This document shows, piece after piece, positions 16,668-25,597 of a stretch of DNA of 32,000 nt. The notes beneath the pieces were generated by a model. The model had not been told where the DNA came from. It did not search any database and was given only the letters and a program-made list of their open reading frames with translations. The DNA comes from an uncultured Verrucomicrobia subdivision 3 bacterium (GTDB lineage Bacteria; Verrucomicrobiota; Verrucomicrobiia; Limisphaerales; UBA11358): NCBI GenBank assembly GCA_903858275.1, contig CAIOIC010000028.1:13706-45705 (forward strand), given 5' to 3'. The position numbers and the translations under genes are program-made. How positions within the stretch are numbered: position 1 is the first letter of the stretch; every line of letters starts with the position of its first letter.

Positions 16668-17546
16668 TTAGAATTTAACCTGTTCGAGATACTTCAAGCT
16701 TTGGGGAATCTGTTCGAGCACGGACGGCGATTCATCTTCAATAAAATAGTATTTCACCCCGGCCTTTTTCGCAGCCTTCAACACCGCCGGCCAATCCGTT
16801 TGTCCCGTGCCGACGACGACATCGTTCTTCGTCTCGGTTTTGCCGGAAAGCGAGCCGGTGGGCACGCCCTTCTTTAGGTCTTTGATGTGCACCAGCGACC
16901 AGCGACCCGCATATTTCTGCAACAGCTTTGCCGGGTCTTGCCCGGGGAAAACCACCCAAGTCACGTCCATTTCAAAAGAGACGTATTCTGGTTTGGTTTC
17001 CTTCATAAGCAAGTCGAACATCGTGCCGTCGCCCTGCGGCTCAAATTCAAAACCATGATTATGGTAATAAAGTTTGATGCCTTGCTTGGCGAGGATTTCC
17101 CCGGCGCGATTGAAAACCTTGGCGGCTTCCTGCGCGGCGGCTTCAGTGAGTGCTCCTTTGTGGGCGATCCAAGCCGTGCCGATGTATTCGAGACCGAGTT
17201 CTTTTGCCTCTTTCGCCACGCCTTCGGGTTCGTCGCGCAAACGATCGTAAGCAATATGGCCGGCAACCGCCTTCAATCCGCGAGCGTCAAGCATGGCTTT
17301 CAGTTCGCCAGCCGGCTTGCCGTAAAGACCGGCGAGTTCCACGGTGTGGAAACCCAGCGCGTGAACCTTGTCTAAGGCGGCGGGAACGTCTTTCTTGAAT
17401 TCCTCGCGCAAACTCCAAAGCTGGAGACCGAGCGGGCCTTTGAAACTGGCGCCGGTGCCGGCAGCCTTGGGGGCGTCGGCGGCGAAGGTGGAAGTGGTGA
17501 TTAAAGCCGCAAGTGTTGCTGTCAGTGTGAGCAGTGGGGTTTTCAT
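16668..17546 (-). CDS. Secreted sugar phosphate isomerase/epimerase (xylose isomerase-like TIM barrel)
   Basis: ORF track gives 16668..17564 (TTG). ATG 17546 gives MKTPLLTLTATLAALITTSTFAADAP (signal peptide). GLQLWSLRE, GFHTVELAG, YHNHGFEF and VHIKD match AP_endonuc_2/xylose-isomerase-like motifs. Confidence 0.8.
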   Translation of the reverse strand: MKTPLLTLTATLAALITTSTFAADAPKAAGTGASFKGPLGLQLWSLREEFKKDVPAALDKVHALGFHTVELAGLYGKPAGELKAMLDARGLKAVAGHIAYDRLRDEPEGVAKEAKELGLEYIGTAWIAHKGALTEAAAQEAAKVFNRAGEILAKQGIKLYYHNHGFEFEPQGDGTMFDLLMKETKPEYVSFEMDVTWVVFPGQDPAKLLQKYAGRWSLVHIKDLKKGVPTGSLSGKTETKNDVVVGTGQTDWPAVLKAAKKAGVKYYFIEDESPSVLEQIPQSLKYLEQVKF

Positions 17547-17605
17547 GCCGATATTAAAAATCAATCCCGACCAGAAGCGAAGCCTGATTTTAGCTTTAGG
17601 AGATT

Positions 17606-19909
17606 TCAGCTCAAATTCACCGGGTCAATGTCCACCGCCAGCGTCACATCATCCGGCAGTACGAGGGTCGCCACGGCTTGCGCCAGCGACTGGCTCAATC
17701 GGCTCATCGCCCGTGTCCGCAGCATGATCTGGTAGCGGTAAAAGTTTTCCGCGCGCAGCAGCGGCGCCGGCGACGGGCCTGATATAATCAAATCAGTGAA
17801 ATGGTTGCGGTGATCCGCGCCCGTCGTTGCCGTTTTGAATTTCTCCAGTTCGCGTTTCAAATGCTCCGCCGAGAATGTCACCTTGTCCTCGTTCCGGCCT
17901 TTCAGCGTGAGCAGGGCCACGCGGCCGACCGGCGGGTATTTCAACTGTTCGCGAAATTCCATTTCCTGCTCGTAGAAGCCAACAAAATCGTGACGGCGCG
18001 CATATTGGATGGCGGGATGAAACGGTGTAAACGCTTGCACAAAAACTTCACCCTCGATGTCGCCGCGGCCTGCGCGACCGGCCACTTGCGTGAGTAGTTG
18101 GAAGGTGCGTTCGCCGGCGCGAAAATCCGGCTGATGCAGCGCCATGTCCGCGTAGATGATGCCGACGAGCGTGACGTTCGGAAAGTGCAGCCCCTTCGCG
18201 ATCATCTGCGTGCCGATGAGGATGTCGATTTTTCCCTGGCGAAACTCACCGAGCACGCGCCGATAATCATCCTTTTTCTTCATCACATCGGCATCCATGC
18301 GTTTGATGCGTGCATGGGGAAAGAGTTTTCCCAAAATGTCCTCAACCTTCTGCGTCCCGGTGCCGGAGAAACGGATGGCGGGGTTCTTGCATTTTTCGTT
18401 TGGGCAAACATTGGGCACGCGCTCATTGTGCCCGCAGATGTGGCAGGATAATTTTTGTTCTGGACGATGGTAGGTGAGCGAAATACTGCAATTCGGACAT
18501 TCACAAACATGGCCGCATTTTGGGCATTGCAGTGAAGTCGAATATCCGCGCCGGTTGAGAAACAAAATCGTCTGCTCTTTCCGCTCCAGCCGTTGCGTGA
18601 TGGCTTCCTTGAGTTGCGGTGAAAAAATCGGCGGGCCTTTTCCCTTGTAAGCCGCCTGCCGCATATCTATGACGCGAACGTGGGGCATTTTCTGGTCGTC
18701 CACCCGCTCGGGCAATTCGAGTAGGGAAAATTTCCCATTCTTGCAGTTGTAATAACTTTCCATCGAAGGCGTGGCCGAACCGAGCACGACCACGGCACTT
18801 TCCATCTGTCCGCGCATCACGGCCACGTCGCGGGCATGGTAGCGCGGCGACTCCTCCTGTTTGTAAGTGGACTCGTGTTCCTCATCCACGATGATCAAGC
18901 CGAGCGGTTCTACCGGTGCAAATATCGCCGAGCGTGCGCCGATGACAATGCGCGCGCGGCCCTGTCGGATCTTATGCCATTCATCGTGCCGCTCACCGGC
19001 AGAAAGATGTGAATGCAGCACCGCCACGAGCGTCTGCAACTTTCCCGAACTGAACCGTGCCTTGAAGCGTTCCACGGTCTGTGGTGTCAGCGAAATTTCT
19101 GGCACCAGCACAATCGCGCCTTTGCCTTGTTCCAGCGCATGTGCGATGGCCTGCAGATAAACTTCCGTTTTGCCGGAACCGGTGACGCCGTGCAGAAGAA
19201 AAGTCGAAGAAGGAGGATGGATCGTGGAGGATGGTTTTGCCGGGCTATCTTCTATCTTCAATCCTCCATCTTCGTGCTTGGCCATCGCCGCTTTGATTTT
19301 CTCCAGGGCGACCGCCTGCGCTGGGTTCAAGATGATTGGTTGTGAGGCCAGAATGGTTTCATTTGCATACGGATCGCGTTCGGAAACTTCATTCGTGATC
19401 GTAACCAGACCGCGATCTTCCAGCTTGCGGACGGTGGCAGAAGTCGTGCCGGCCAGTTCAACTAGTTCCGATAATAAGATTTCGCGCCGCTCCTCGATGA
19501 GATTCCAGACGTCCTGCTGGCGTTTCGGCAATTTTGGAAACTCGCCAACCGCCGGTAGCGCGCGGATGAACAATCGTTCGCGCCAGCTAGCATCTTCTCT
19601 GCGCACCGCCTCGGGGAGAACGCTCTTCAGCGCCGTTTCCGGTGCGCAGCAATAGTATTCGCCAATCCACCGCGCGAGTTTCAAAACCTTCGCCGTCACC
19701 AGCGTTTGCGCGCCGATGATTTTGAGAATTGGCTTAAGGTTTGCATGGGCTGACTCCTCAGCTACAGCAGTGACAACTCCAAGAACTTTTCGCGCCCCGA
19801 ATGGAACCTGCACGCGGCTGCCGACATCTACCTGCCCGAGAAGTTCATGCGGAATCGAATAATCAAATTCCTTGCGCAGCGCGATTTCGAGACTGACGTG
19901 GGCAATCAT
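17606..19909 (-). CDS. priA: Primosomal protein N' (replication restart helicase PriA)
   Basis: 767 aa. Walker A GVTGSGKTEVY, DEEH box, the Cys-rich zinc region CPKCGHVCECPNCSISLTYH...CHICG...CPNEKC, and helicase C motifs GTQMIAKGLHFPNVTLVG, QVAGRAGR. Confidence 0.95.
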   Translation of the reverse strand: MIAHVSLEIALRKEFDYSIPHELLGQVDVGSRVQVPFGARKVLGVVTAVAEESAHANLKPILKIIGAQTLVTAKVLKLARWIGEYYCCAPETALKSVLPEAVRREDASWRERLFIRALPAVGEFPKLPKRQQDVWNLIEERREILLSELVELAGTTSATVRKLEDRGLVTITNEVSERDPYANETILASQPIILNPAQAVALEKIKAAMAKHEDGGLKIEDSPAKPSSTIHPPSSTFLLHGVTGSGKTEVYLQAIAHALEQGKGAIVLVPEISLTPQTVERFKARFSSGKLQTLVAVLHSHLSAGERHDEWHKIRQGRARIVIGARSAIFAPVEPLGLIIVDEEHESTYKQEESPRYHARDVAVMRGQMESAVVVLGSATPSMESYYNCKNGKFSLLELPERVDDQKMPHVRVIDMRQAAYKGKGPPIFSPQLKEAITQRLERKEQTILFLNRRGYSTSLQCPKCGHVCECPNCSISLTYHRPEQKLSCHICGHNERVPNVCPNEKCKNPAIRFSGTGTQKVEDILGKLFPHARIKRMDADVMKKKDDYRRVLGEFRQGKIDILIGTQMIAKGLHFPNVTLVGIIYADMALHQPDFRAGERTFQLLTQVAGRAGRGDIEGEVFVQAFTPFHPAIQYARRHDFVGFYEQEMEFREQLKYPPVGRVALLTLKGRNEDKVTFSAEHLKRELEKFKTATTGADHRNHFTDLIISGPSPAPLLRAENFYRYQIMLRTRAMSRLSQSLAQAVATLVLPDDVTLAVDIDPVNLS

Positions 19910-19912
19910 TTT

Positions 19913-20608
19913 TCAATCGCGCGTGAGGGCCCGAAGTTCGGCTTCAAGTTGCCGGCGCAATTCCTCGCGCTCGGCATCACTGGCGTTTGGCGGCACGCGG
20001 ATCGTCTTGCCGACACAGACTTCGCAGCGGGCGAAGGGCAGGGGAATTTGAAATTTATCCCAGCTTTTCACGCTGATTTTCCAGTTCAGATTGAACGACA
20101 CCGGCACGATGGGCAGGCCGGTCAACTGGGCGAGCGACGTGATGCCGTCTTGAATCTCGTAGCACGGCCCGCGCGGACCATCCGGCGTGATAGTGAGGTC
20201 GTAGCCGCGCTCCGACCAGGTGGTCATTTCCAACATCGCTTGCGCGCCGCGTCGGCTGCTGGAGCCGCGCACCGGCTGCACGTGGAACCATTCGAGGATG
20301 CGCGAAAGAAAAGCCCCATCCTTGCTCGCGCTCACCAGCGCCGCCATGCCGGCGCCGGCATTGTGCGGCCGGCGATGGACGTCCAGAACTTTGATGCACG
20401 ACGCCAGCCGGTTGTGCCAGATGCAGAAAATCACCGGCGTCGGTGCGTTTGGTGACAGAAACTCGGAAGGATTCCGCAGCCGGCAATGCACGGTGGCCAG
20501 CAATGCCCGCAGCGAAACAAAAATCGCGAACGCCCCGAGGCGCTGATGCCATTTCGGCGCGTGCGGAATCACGATGCCGCTGCGGCGTTGGGGTTTGTAC
20601 TTTGACAT
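19913..20608 (-). CDS. DUF374 / lysophospholipid acyltransferase-superfamily protein
   Basis: 231 aa. FCIWHNRL, SASKDGAFLSRILE, RGSSSRRGAQA, ITPDGPRGP are characteristic of the DUF374 family, often linked to Kdo/lipid A genes. Its stop is 3 nt from the priA start. Confidence 0.75.
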   Translation of the reverse strand: MSKYKPQRRSGIVIPHAPKWHQRLGAFAIFVSLRALLATVHCRLRNPSEFLSPNAPTPVIFCIWHNRLASCIKVLDVHRRPHNAGAGMAALVSASKDGAFLSRILEWFHVQPVRGSSSRRGAQAMLEMTTWSERGYDLTITPDGPRGPCYEIQDGITSLAQLTGLPIVPVSFNLNWKISVKSWDKFQIPLPFARCEVCVGKTIRVPPNASDAEREELRRQLEAELRALTRD

Positions 20609-20614
20609 TCGAGG

Positions 20615-21217
20615 TCAGCCTTTTTTAAGGCATGCGCGGACGAGTTGCTCCACCGTCGCCGCGGGGCCGAGCATCGCCTGGGCGGCGCGGACTGCATCGT
20701 GTGCGTCGGTTTGTTTGAAGCCCAGCGCCATGAGCGCCAACGTGGCGTCGTTGGTTTTCTGGTCATCAGCTGAAAGCGAATGTTTGGCGCTGGCAGCTTC
20801 GAGCGCGCCCGCCTCGCCGATTTTGTCGCGTAGTTCAACCACGATGCGCTCGGCAGTCTTTTTTCCGACGCCGGAAATCTGTGAAAGTGATTTTACATCA
20901 CTGTTCGCCACCGCACCGCGAAACGCCACCGCGTTCATGCCGCTCAAAATGTTCAACGCGGTCTTGGGGCCGATGCCGCTGACGTTGTTGATGAGCAGGC
21001 GGAACAAATCGCGTTCCGTCGCCGTGGAAAAACCGTAAAGGATATGCGCGTCTTCGCGGACGATGAGTTGCGTAAGCAACTTCACGTCCTGCCCGGGTTG
21101 CGGTAATTTGTCGAATGACGAAAGTGGAATCAGCACTTCGTAGCCGATGCCGTGGACTTCCACAATGACCTGCGTGGGCAGGGCTTCGACGAGTTTGCCT
21201 TGGAGAAATGTGATCAT
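20615..21217 (-). CDS. ruvA: Holliday junction branch migration complex subunit RuvA
   Basis: 200 aa. MITFLQGKLVE...GIGYEV, HhH motifs LINNVSGIGPKTAL and LSQISGVGKKTAERI, and C-terminal domain III. Its ATG overlaps the ruvC stop (ATGA at 21217-21214). Confidence 0.95.
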   Translation of the reverse strand: MITFLQGKLVEALPTQVIVEVHGIGYEVLIPLSSFDKLPQPGQDVKLLTQLIVREDAHILYGFSTATERDLFRLLINNVSGIGPKTALNILSGMNAVAFRGAVANSDVKSLSQISGVGKKTAERIVVELRDKIGEAGALEAASAKHSLSADDQKTNDATLALMALGFKQTDAHDAVRAAQAMLGPAATVEQLVRACLKKG

Positions 21218-21912
21218 ATTTTCTTGGGCGTGCTTAAGCTGAATCGGCCCTGTTCCTGCGCATGGACGAGTGCCAGCGCCAGCGCATCCGCCGCATCGGG
21301 CGCGGGCAGTTCGGTGAGGTTCAACATCCGCTGTACCATTTTGGCCACGGCGATTTTTTGTGCGGCACCGTAACCGACGATGGCTTGCTTCACTTTTCGC
21401 GTCGCGATTTCATAAATATCCAGTCCAGCTTCTGCAATCGTGGCCATCGCCGCGCCGCGGGCTTCGCCCATGATGATGGCTGTTTTAAGATTTTGCGCGA
21501 AGAATAATCCTTCCACCACGCAAACTGTCGGCTGATGTTTTTCCAAAATGTCGCGGAGTGTCTGTGAGATTTGAGCGAGACAGCGTGAGCGTTCCCAGTC
21601 TTTCGGACAGGAAATGGTGCCTTGCGCCAGGGTGGCCGGCTGTGCGCCGCCAGTGCGGATAACGCCAAAACCGGTTCCGCGCAGCGACGGGTCAACGCCG
21701 AGTATGATTTGTGCGACGCGGGTGGTCTGGCGAGTGATGGGCGGCAAAGGTAGTATCGTAGAGCGCGTTTTTTTGCCGCTCAAACGTTCCTGCATCTGCT
21801 CGAATTGTTGCTGGGAAATGCCCACGGGAAGAGGTTGCCAGCGGCGGCGCATCGGCAAAAGGAAAAACGCCGCGACGTTGCCATCGCGGCGTGAACAGGA
21901 GGAACTGTTCAA
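21214..21912 (-). CDS. ruvC: Crossover junction endodeoxyribonuclease RuvC; start codon uncertain (apparent N-terminal extension of roughly 35-65 aa, depending on the start chosen)
   Basis: The core starts at IILGVDPSLRGTGFGVI (catalytic Asp), then VCVVEGLFF (Glu) and PDAADALALALVH (Asp/Asp). Possible starts are TTG 21912, ATG 21852 and ATG 21795. No start codon lies immediately before the conserved core. Confidence 0.8.
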   Translation of the reverse strand: MNSSSCSRRDGNVAAFFLLPMRRRWQPLPVGISQQQFEQMQERLSGKKTRSTILPLPPITRQTTRVAQIILGVDPSLRGTGFGVIRTGGAQPATLAQGTISCPKDWERSRCLAQISQTLRDILEKHQPTVCVVEGLFFAQNLKTAIIMGEARGAAMATIAEAGLDIYEIATRKVKQAIVGYGAAQKIAVAKMVQRMLNLTELPAPDAADALALALVHAQEQGRFSLSTPKKI

Positions 21913-23756
21913 CGACTTTGTTTATCCCTGTCGGAATTCTGACTGGCATTCCGATTTGAATTTTGCGATTGGCTTGGCGCAGCCGGCGGCGCGGATGGGG
22001 TGGCGCTGCGCGGAGCGGAAACCACTGGCGGTGATTGCGGTTGTGAAGGACGGCTCTGCTGCCAGTTGTTCGCCGGCGGTGTAGCTGGCGCAGAATAATG
22101 AGGCGGCACAACCATTTGCGGAGTTTGGATGCGCTGATTGTTTTCCGGCGGGCGCATCGGGGTTGTGCTGGGTTGCGTTGGCCGCGTATTGTAGCTGGCT
22201 GGCGGAGTGACGTATTGATGCCTGTCGGTCGGCGGGTTCACACTGCGATTTGGAACGTCCCGATTTCCTGAACGAGTGTCCGGCTGCGTGATAGTTGGTG
22301 GACGCCCGGTGGGCACGCTGGGTTGCGATGGCTGTGGATTGTTGCTGGCTGGCGGAGTGACGTTTTGATGCGTGTCGGTGGGCGGGTTCACATTGCGATT
22401 TGGAACGTCCCGATTTCCTGAACGAGTGTCCGGCTGCGTGATGGTTGGTGGACGCACCGGAGTCACGCTGGGTTGCGACGGGCGCGGATTATTGCTGGTC
22501 GGCGGAGTGACATTTTGATGCGTGTCCGTCGGCGGGTTCACATTGCGGTTTGGAATATCGCGGTTGCCAGATTGGCTGCCGGTTGGGTCGGAAGGCGTCG
22601 GGCGCGGGTTGTTGTTTTGCTCGTTGTGGAGCATGGGAACAGCAGGGTTATTGCGGTTCTGTGAGTTGCCGGGGGAGATGTTTCGGTCGCGACGATCGGG
22701 CGGGTTGTTTACGGCTCCGCGCCAGCCGTGGCGTTCTGCATTGGGAATCTGGGCGACGGGAACGGGTTGCAGAGGACGGTGGTTGCCAGCATTGATGCGA
22801 TCCACGGGGATGCCGCCATTGATGATGGTGCGGTTGTTGCCGTTGTAATTATTGATGATGGTGGTCTGGTTAAAAAACTGGTTCACGCGATGGGGTTCGG
22901 CGCGGTAATAACGCGGATGACGTTCCGAAAAGCGATTTACGGAAACGAAGGTGAAATAATCCGAGCCCAGACCGAAATCGAAGCCCACGGTCACGCCCGA
23001 ACCGCGATAGAAAAAGCCCACGCCCGGGCGATACACTGTGAACGGCGGCAGTGGCGCCCATCCGCAATAGTTGTTGTGGGAACGCCACGTCACCCATGAC
23101 GGCGCCCAGACTGTGTCCGGCCACCAGCACCAACCGAAGCGGGTATCTCGGAACCAGCGTCCGTAATGAAACGTCGCGCCCCAGGAATAATCCGAGTCCC
23201 AATACCAGCCGTGGTCGGTATAAACCCAGTGACCACGGTCGCAATATGGTTGCCAGGAGGAATCATAAATTACCGTCGTGGGACGCCAGCAGCGTCCGTA
23301 GCCTTCTACTTCCACCCAACTGCCGTAAGGAGAAAGGGTCTGGTAAAACTGATTGACGGTCACTTCCGCCGCTGGCTGCGCAATGACCGGAGCGGCCGCG
23401 CTGGCTGCCGGCGCGCTGGGGGCGACGGGCACGGAAACATTTTTGTCATGATCCATCATCGCGTTGATGATGTCGGTGGGAACGCCCGCGTCATTGAGGC
23501 AAACGATTTTTTCGGCGTTCAGACCGAATGTGCCGGGTGTATTGGCGATGTAATTTTTAATGATGTTCAGGTCAACCCCGGCTTGGGCCAGCTTGACCAC
23601 TTCCGCCAACGGAGTTCCCGGCTGAACAAGGGTTGGCGGAGAGATGCCATCGGCGGGTGGCGGGTTAGGCTGTTCTTGGGCTACGGTGTCAGAGGTGGCA
23701 GCGGCAGTCATGGCCAAAGCAACCAGAAAAATTTTAGTGTGAAGGAGGGTTTTCAT
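21909..23756 (-). CDS. Secreted protein: signal peptide, AGV..II..YI-type helical repeat region, Trp-rich domain (DUF6600-like), and a long P/N/Q/S-rich disordered C-terminus with 50-aa tandem repeats
   Basis: 615 aa. N-terminus MKTLLHTKIFLVALAMTAAATS. W-rich block GHWVYTDHGWYWDSDYSWGATFHYGRWFRDTRFGWCWWPDTVWAPSWVTWRS. The DUF6600 label is from memory, so low certainty. Confidence 0.7.
   Translation of the reverse strand: MKTLLHTKIFLVALAMTAAATSDTVAQEQPNPPPADGISPPTLVQPGTPLAEVVKLAQAGVDLNIIKNYIANTPGTFGLNAEKIVCLNDAGVPTDIINAMMDHDKNVSVPVAPSAPAASAAAPVIAQPAAEVTVNQFYQTLSPYGSWVEVEGYGRCWRPTTVIYDSSWQPYCDRGHWVYTDHGWYWDSDYSWGATFHYGRWFRDTRFGWCWWPDTVWAPSWVTWRSHNNYCGWAPLPPFTVYRPGVGFFYRGSGVTVGFDFGLGSDYFTFVSVNRFSERHPRYYRAEPHRVNQFFNQTTIINNYNGNNRTIINGGIPVDRINAGNHRPLQPVPVAQIPNAERHGWRGAVNNPPDRRDRNISPGNSQNRNNPAVPMLHNEQNNNPRPTPSDPTGSQSGNRDIPNRNVNPPTDTHQNVTPPTSNNPRPSQPSVTPVRPPTITQPDTRSGNRDVPNRNVNPPTDTHQNVTPPASNNPQPSQPSVPTGRPPTITQPDTRSGNRDVPNRSVNPPTDRHQYVTPPASYNTRPTQPSTTPMRPPENNQRIQTPQMVVPPHYSAPATPPANNWQQSRPSQPQSPPVVSAPRSATPSAPPAAPSQSQNSNRNASQNSDRDKQSR
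22119..22568 (-). repeat. Three tandem 150-bp (50-codon) repeats inside the secreted-protein gene
   Basis: Units start, on the minus strand, at 22568, 22418 and 22268. The plus-strand motif ggcggagtgac[a/g]t[t/a]ttgatgc recurs at 22201, 22351 and 22501. Peptide unit: GNRD[IV]PNRNVNPPTDTHQNVTPP.SNNP.PSQPSV....RPPTITQPDTRS. The third unit is more diverged. Confidence 0.9.
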
Positions 23757-23961
23757 AAAAGCTATGGTTTTAGGTGAACAACAATGATATCAACAACGAA
23801 TAGACTTGGAAGTTGCGTCGTTTGTTCAGTTTTAATTGTATCACATTAAAAAACAGCAACTTAAAAACAAGCTTTCGCTGGGAGCCGAGGTGTTTGCGTC
23901 ACCTTCATCTCGTGTTTCTGGTCGCCAACCAGGACCGAAGAAGAGGGAACTAATTTTCTGC

Positions 23962-25554
23962 CTATATTTTTGCTTCCGTAAACGGCAGTTTCTCCGTGTA
24001 GACCTTCAGATTCCGAAACACCAAAGCCGAGTGAACCATGCAGCGGATGGCGATGTGGCCGTAGTTCAGGATGCAACCGGTGTTAGTGCGGGAATTGTCT
24101 CCAAATTCCAGTAGGATTTTGCCGTCAATCGCGCCCTGGATTTTTCCACCAATCTGCACGATTTGCAGTTTGTGCCACTCATTGATGGCAAAAGATTTTG
24201 GCGCACTGCCGTAACCGATGCGGTAGGCAAACGGATTTTTCCGGCTGAAGGCGGTGCCGGTGTCGTTGCGCACGTCATTCATCTCGCGATAAAACTCCCA
24301 GTGGTAATTGCGCACGTTTTGGTTGTGAACCGTGTCCATCGTGCCGTTGGTTTTTTTCGGATAATCGGCCATGAAGTCCTCGCGCGTCATGCCGGAAGCC
24401 TGGATCATCAGCAGGCTGAGGCCGTTCGGCTTGAGCGCCTTCCACTCGTACTCGACATAGACATTGCCCTCAAAGGTCTTGCTGCTCCAGATGTAAACCT
24501 GGCTGTTGAAAGCCTCCGGGCTGCCATAGCGCAGCAACGGCGTTTCGATGAGCAATCCCTCCGGATGGCCGGCTGGCTTAACGGAAGCGGTGTGGCCCTG
24601 AATGTAAAACTCCTTGATCTGCTCCACGGGATTCTTGAAATCCACGTCGAACTGCTTGGTCCAGCCCGCCGGCAACGGATTGAAAGTGAAGTTCTGCAAA
24701 TCCGCGCCCTCGAAATGATGCCGCAGTTCCGTTTCAACCGCGCGATCGTAGTCCGGGGCGCCGGCGCGATATTTTTTGTAAAGTTCAGCGCCGGTGAGCA
24801 CCCTGTCATAGAACTCAATCTCGCCGTGGCAAAGCGCGGGACAACCGGCGTAAAGCGCCTCACCCGTCTGGTCGCGGTGGAAATCTTTGTTAAAAATGTC
24901 GCTTTTGCCAAGCAGCACGCCGTTCACGAACAGCGAAGCGCTCTTCGCCGCATCATCCCAGGTGACGGCGAGCTGATACCAGCGGTGCTGTTGAAAGTAA
25001 TTGAACGGCACGGCCTGCACCCACGCCTTTTGCGGCGGCTCGAAACCTTCGTGCGTGGGATAAACCGTGCCCTTGAAAAATTTGGCGCGAAATTCATTGA
25101 ATCGGTTCCAGATGAAACTGAAGTTTGCTGCCGGATAATTGCGCGGCACTTCGTAGTCGCTCAAGAAGCAGTAATTGTCGAAGAACTCATTCTGCATCTT
25201 CATGTTGTCCGATACAAAGCTGGCGGCCAGATCTTCCAGCCCGAAAAACCAGAGTGCGAGTGTGCCGCGCGGCTCGTTGAGTGTGTGGCCGCCCGTCAGT
25301 TTGATGGCGGTGTGAATGCTCGTCGGGTTGATGCCTTTGCGGCCTTTCAACTCGAGCACGCGCGCCGGACCTTTGACGCACTCCCCCTTGGCCAGTGCGG
25401 CCGCGTTGGCGAGATGAACAAACTTGGGCTTGATGGAGTTTTCGCCGGGCGCGGCGTTGAGTCGCCAGCCGGCGAGCGAGACAGCGGAAGCCGCCGTCAA
25501 ACTGGTGGCCAGAAACCGGCGGCGGTTTATTTCGGAAGGATTCATGTGGTTCAT
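23962..25554 (-). CDS. Tat-signal secreted protein: LamG/concanavalin-like N-terminal half fused to a DUF1961 (B. subtilis YesU-like) C-terminal half
   Basis: 530 aa. Twin-arginine leader NRRRFLATSLTAASAV. LamG-like RGTLALWFF...WYQLAVTWDD...LFVNGVLLG. The C-terminus (NVYVEYEWKALKPNGLSLLMIQASG...NYHWEFYR...GHIAIRCMVHSALVFRNLKVY) resembles YesU as I recall it. The 471-aa plus-strand ORF is a shadow. Confidence 0.7.
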   Translation of the reverse strand: MNHMNPSEINRRRFLATSLTAASAVSLAGWRLNAAPGENSIKPKFVHLANAAALAKGECVKGPARVLELKGRKGINPTSIHTAIKLTGGHTLNEPRGTLALWFFGLEDLAASFVSDNMKMQNEFFDNYCFLSDYEVPRNYPAANFSFIWNRFNEFRAKFFKGTVYPTHEGFEPPQKAWVQAVPFNYFQQHRWYQLAVTWDDAAKSASLFVNGVLLGKSDIFNKDFHRDQTGEALYAGCPALCHGEIEFYDRVLTGAELYKKYRAGAPDYDRAVETELRHHFEGADLQNFTFNPLPAGWTKQFDVDFKNPVEQIKEFYIQGHTASVKPAGHPEGLLIETPLLRYGSPEAFNSQVYIWSSKTFEGNVYVEYEWKALKPNGLSLLMIQASGMTREDFMADYPKKTNGTMDTVHNQNVRNYHWEFYREMNDVRNDTGTAFSRKNPFAYRIGYGSAPKSFAINEWHKLQIVQIGGKIQGAIDGKILLEFGDNSRTNTGCILNYGHIAIRCMVHSALVFRNLKVYTEKLPFTEAKI

Positions 25555-25597
25555 GGTTTTGACGAGGTTGGTGTTTGAATAGCCAGTTGTTTTTCCG

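Noticed and set aside
19199-19279. About 25-aa low-complexity insertion in PriA just before the Walker A motif (…HEDGGLKIEDSPAKPSSTIHPPSST…), with small DNA duplications (ggaggatgg x2)
   Set aside because: It lies in a linker between the N-terminal DNA-binding region and the helicase core, where length variation is expected. No functional motif is affected.
24163-25578. 471-aa plus-strand ORF
   Set aside because: It is an antisense shadow of the LamG/DUF1961 gene with no motifs. The minus-strand product has a Tat leader and family-like blocks.
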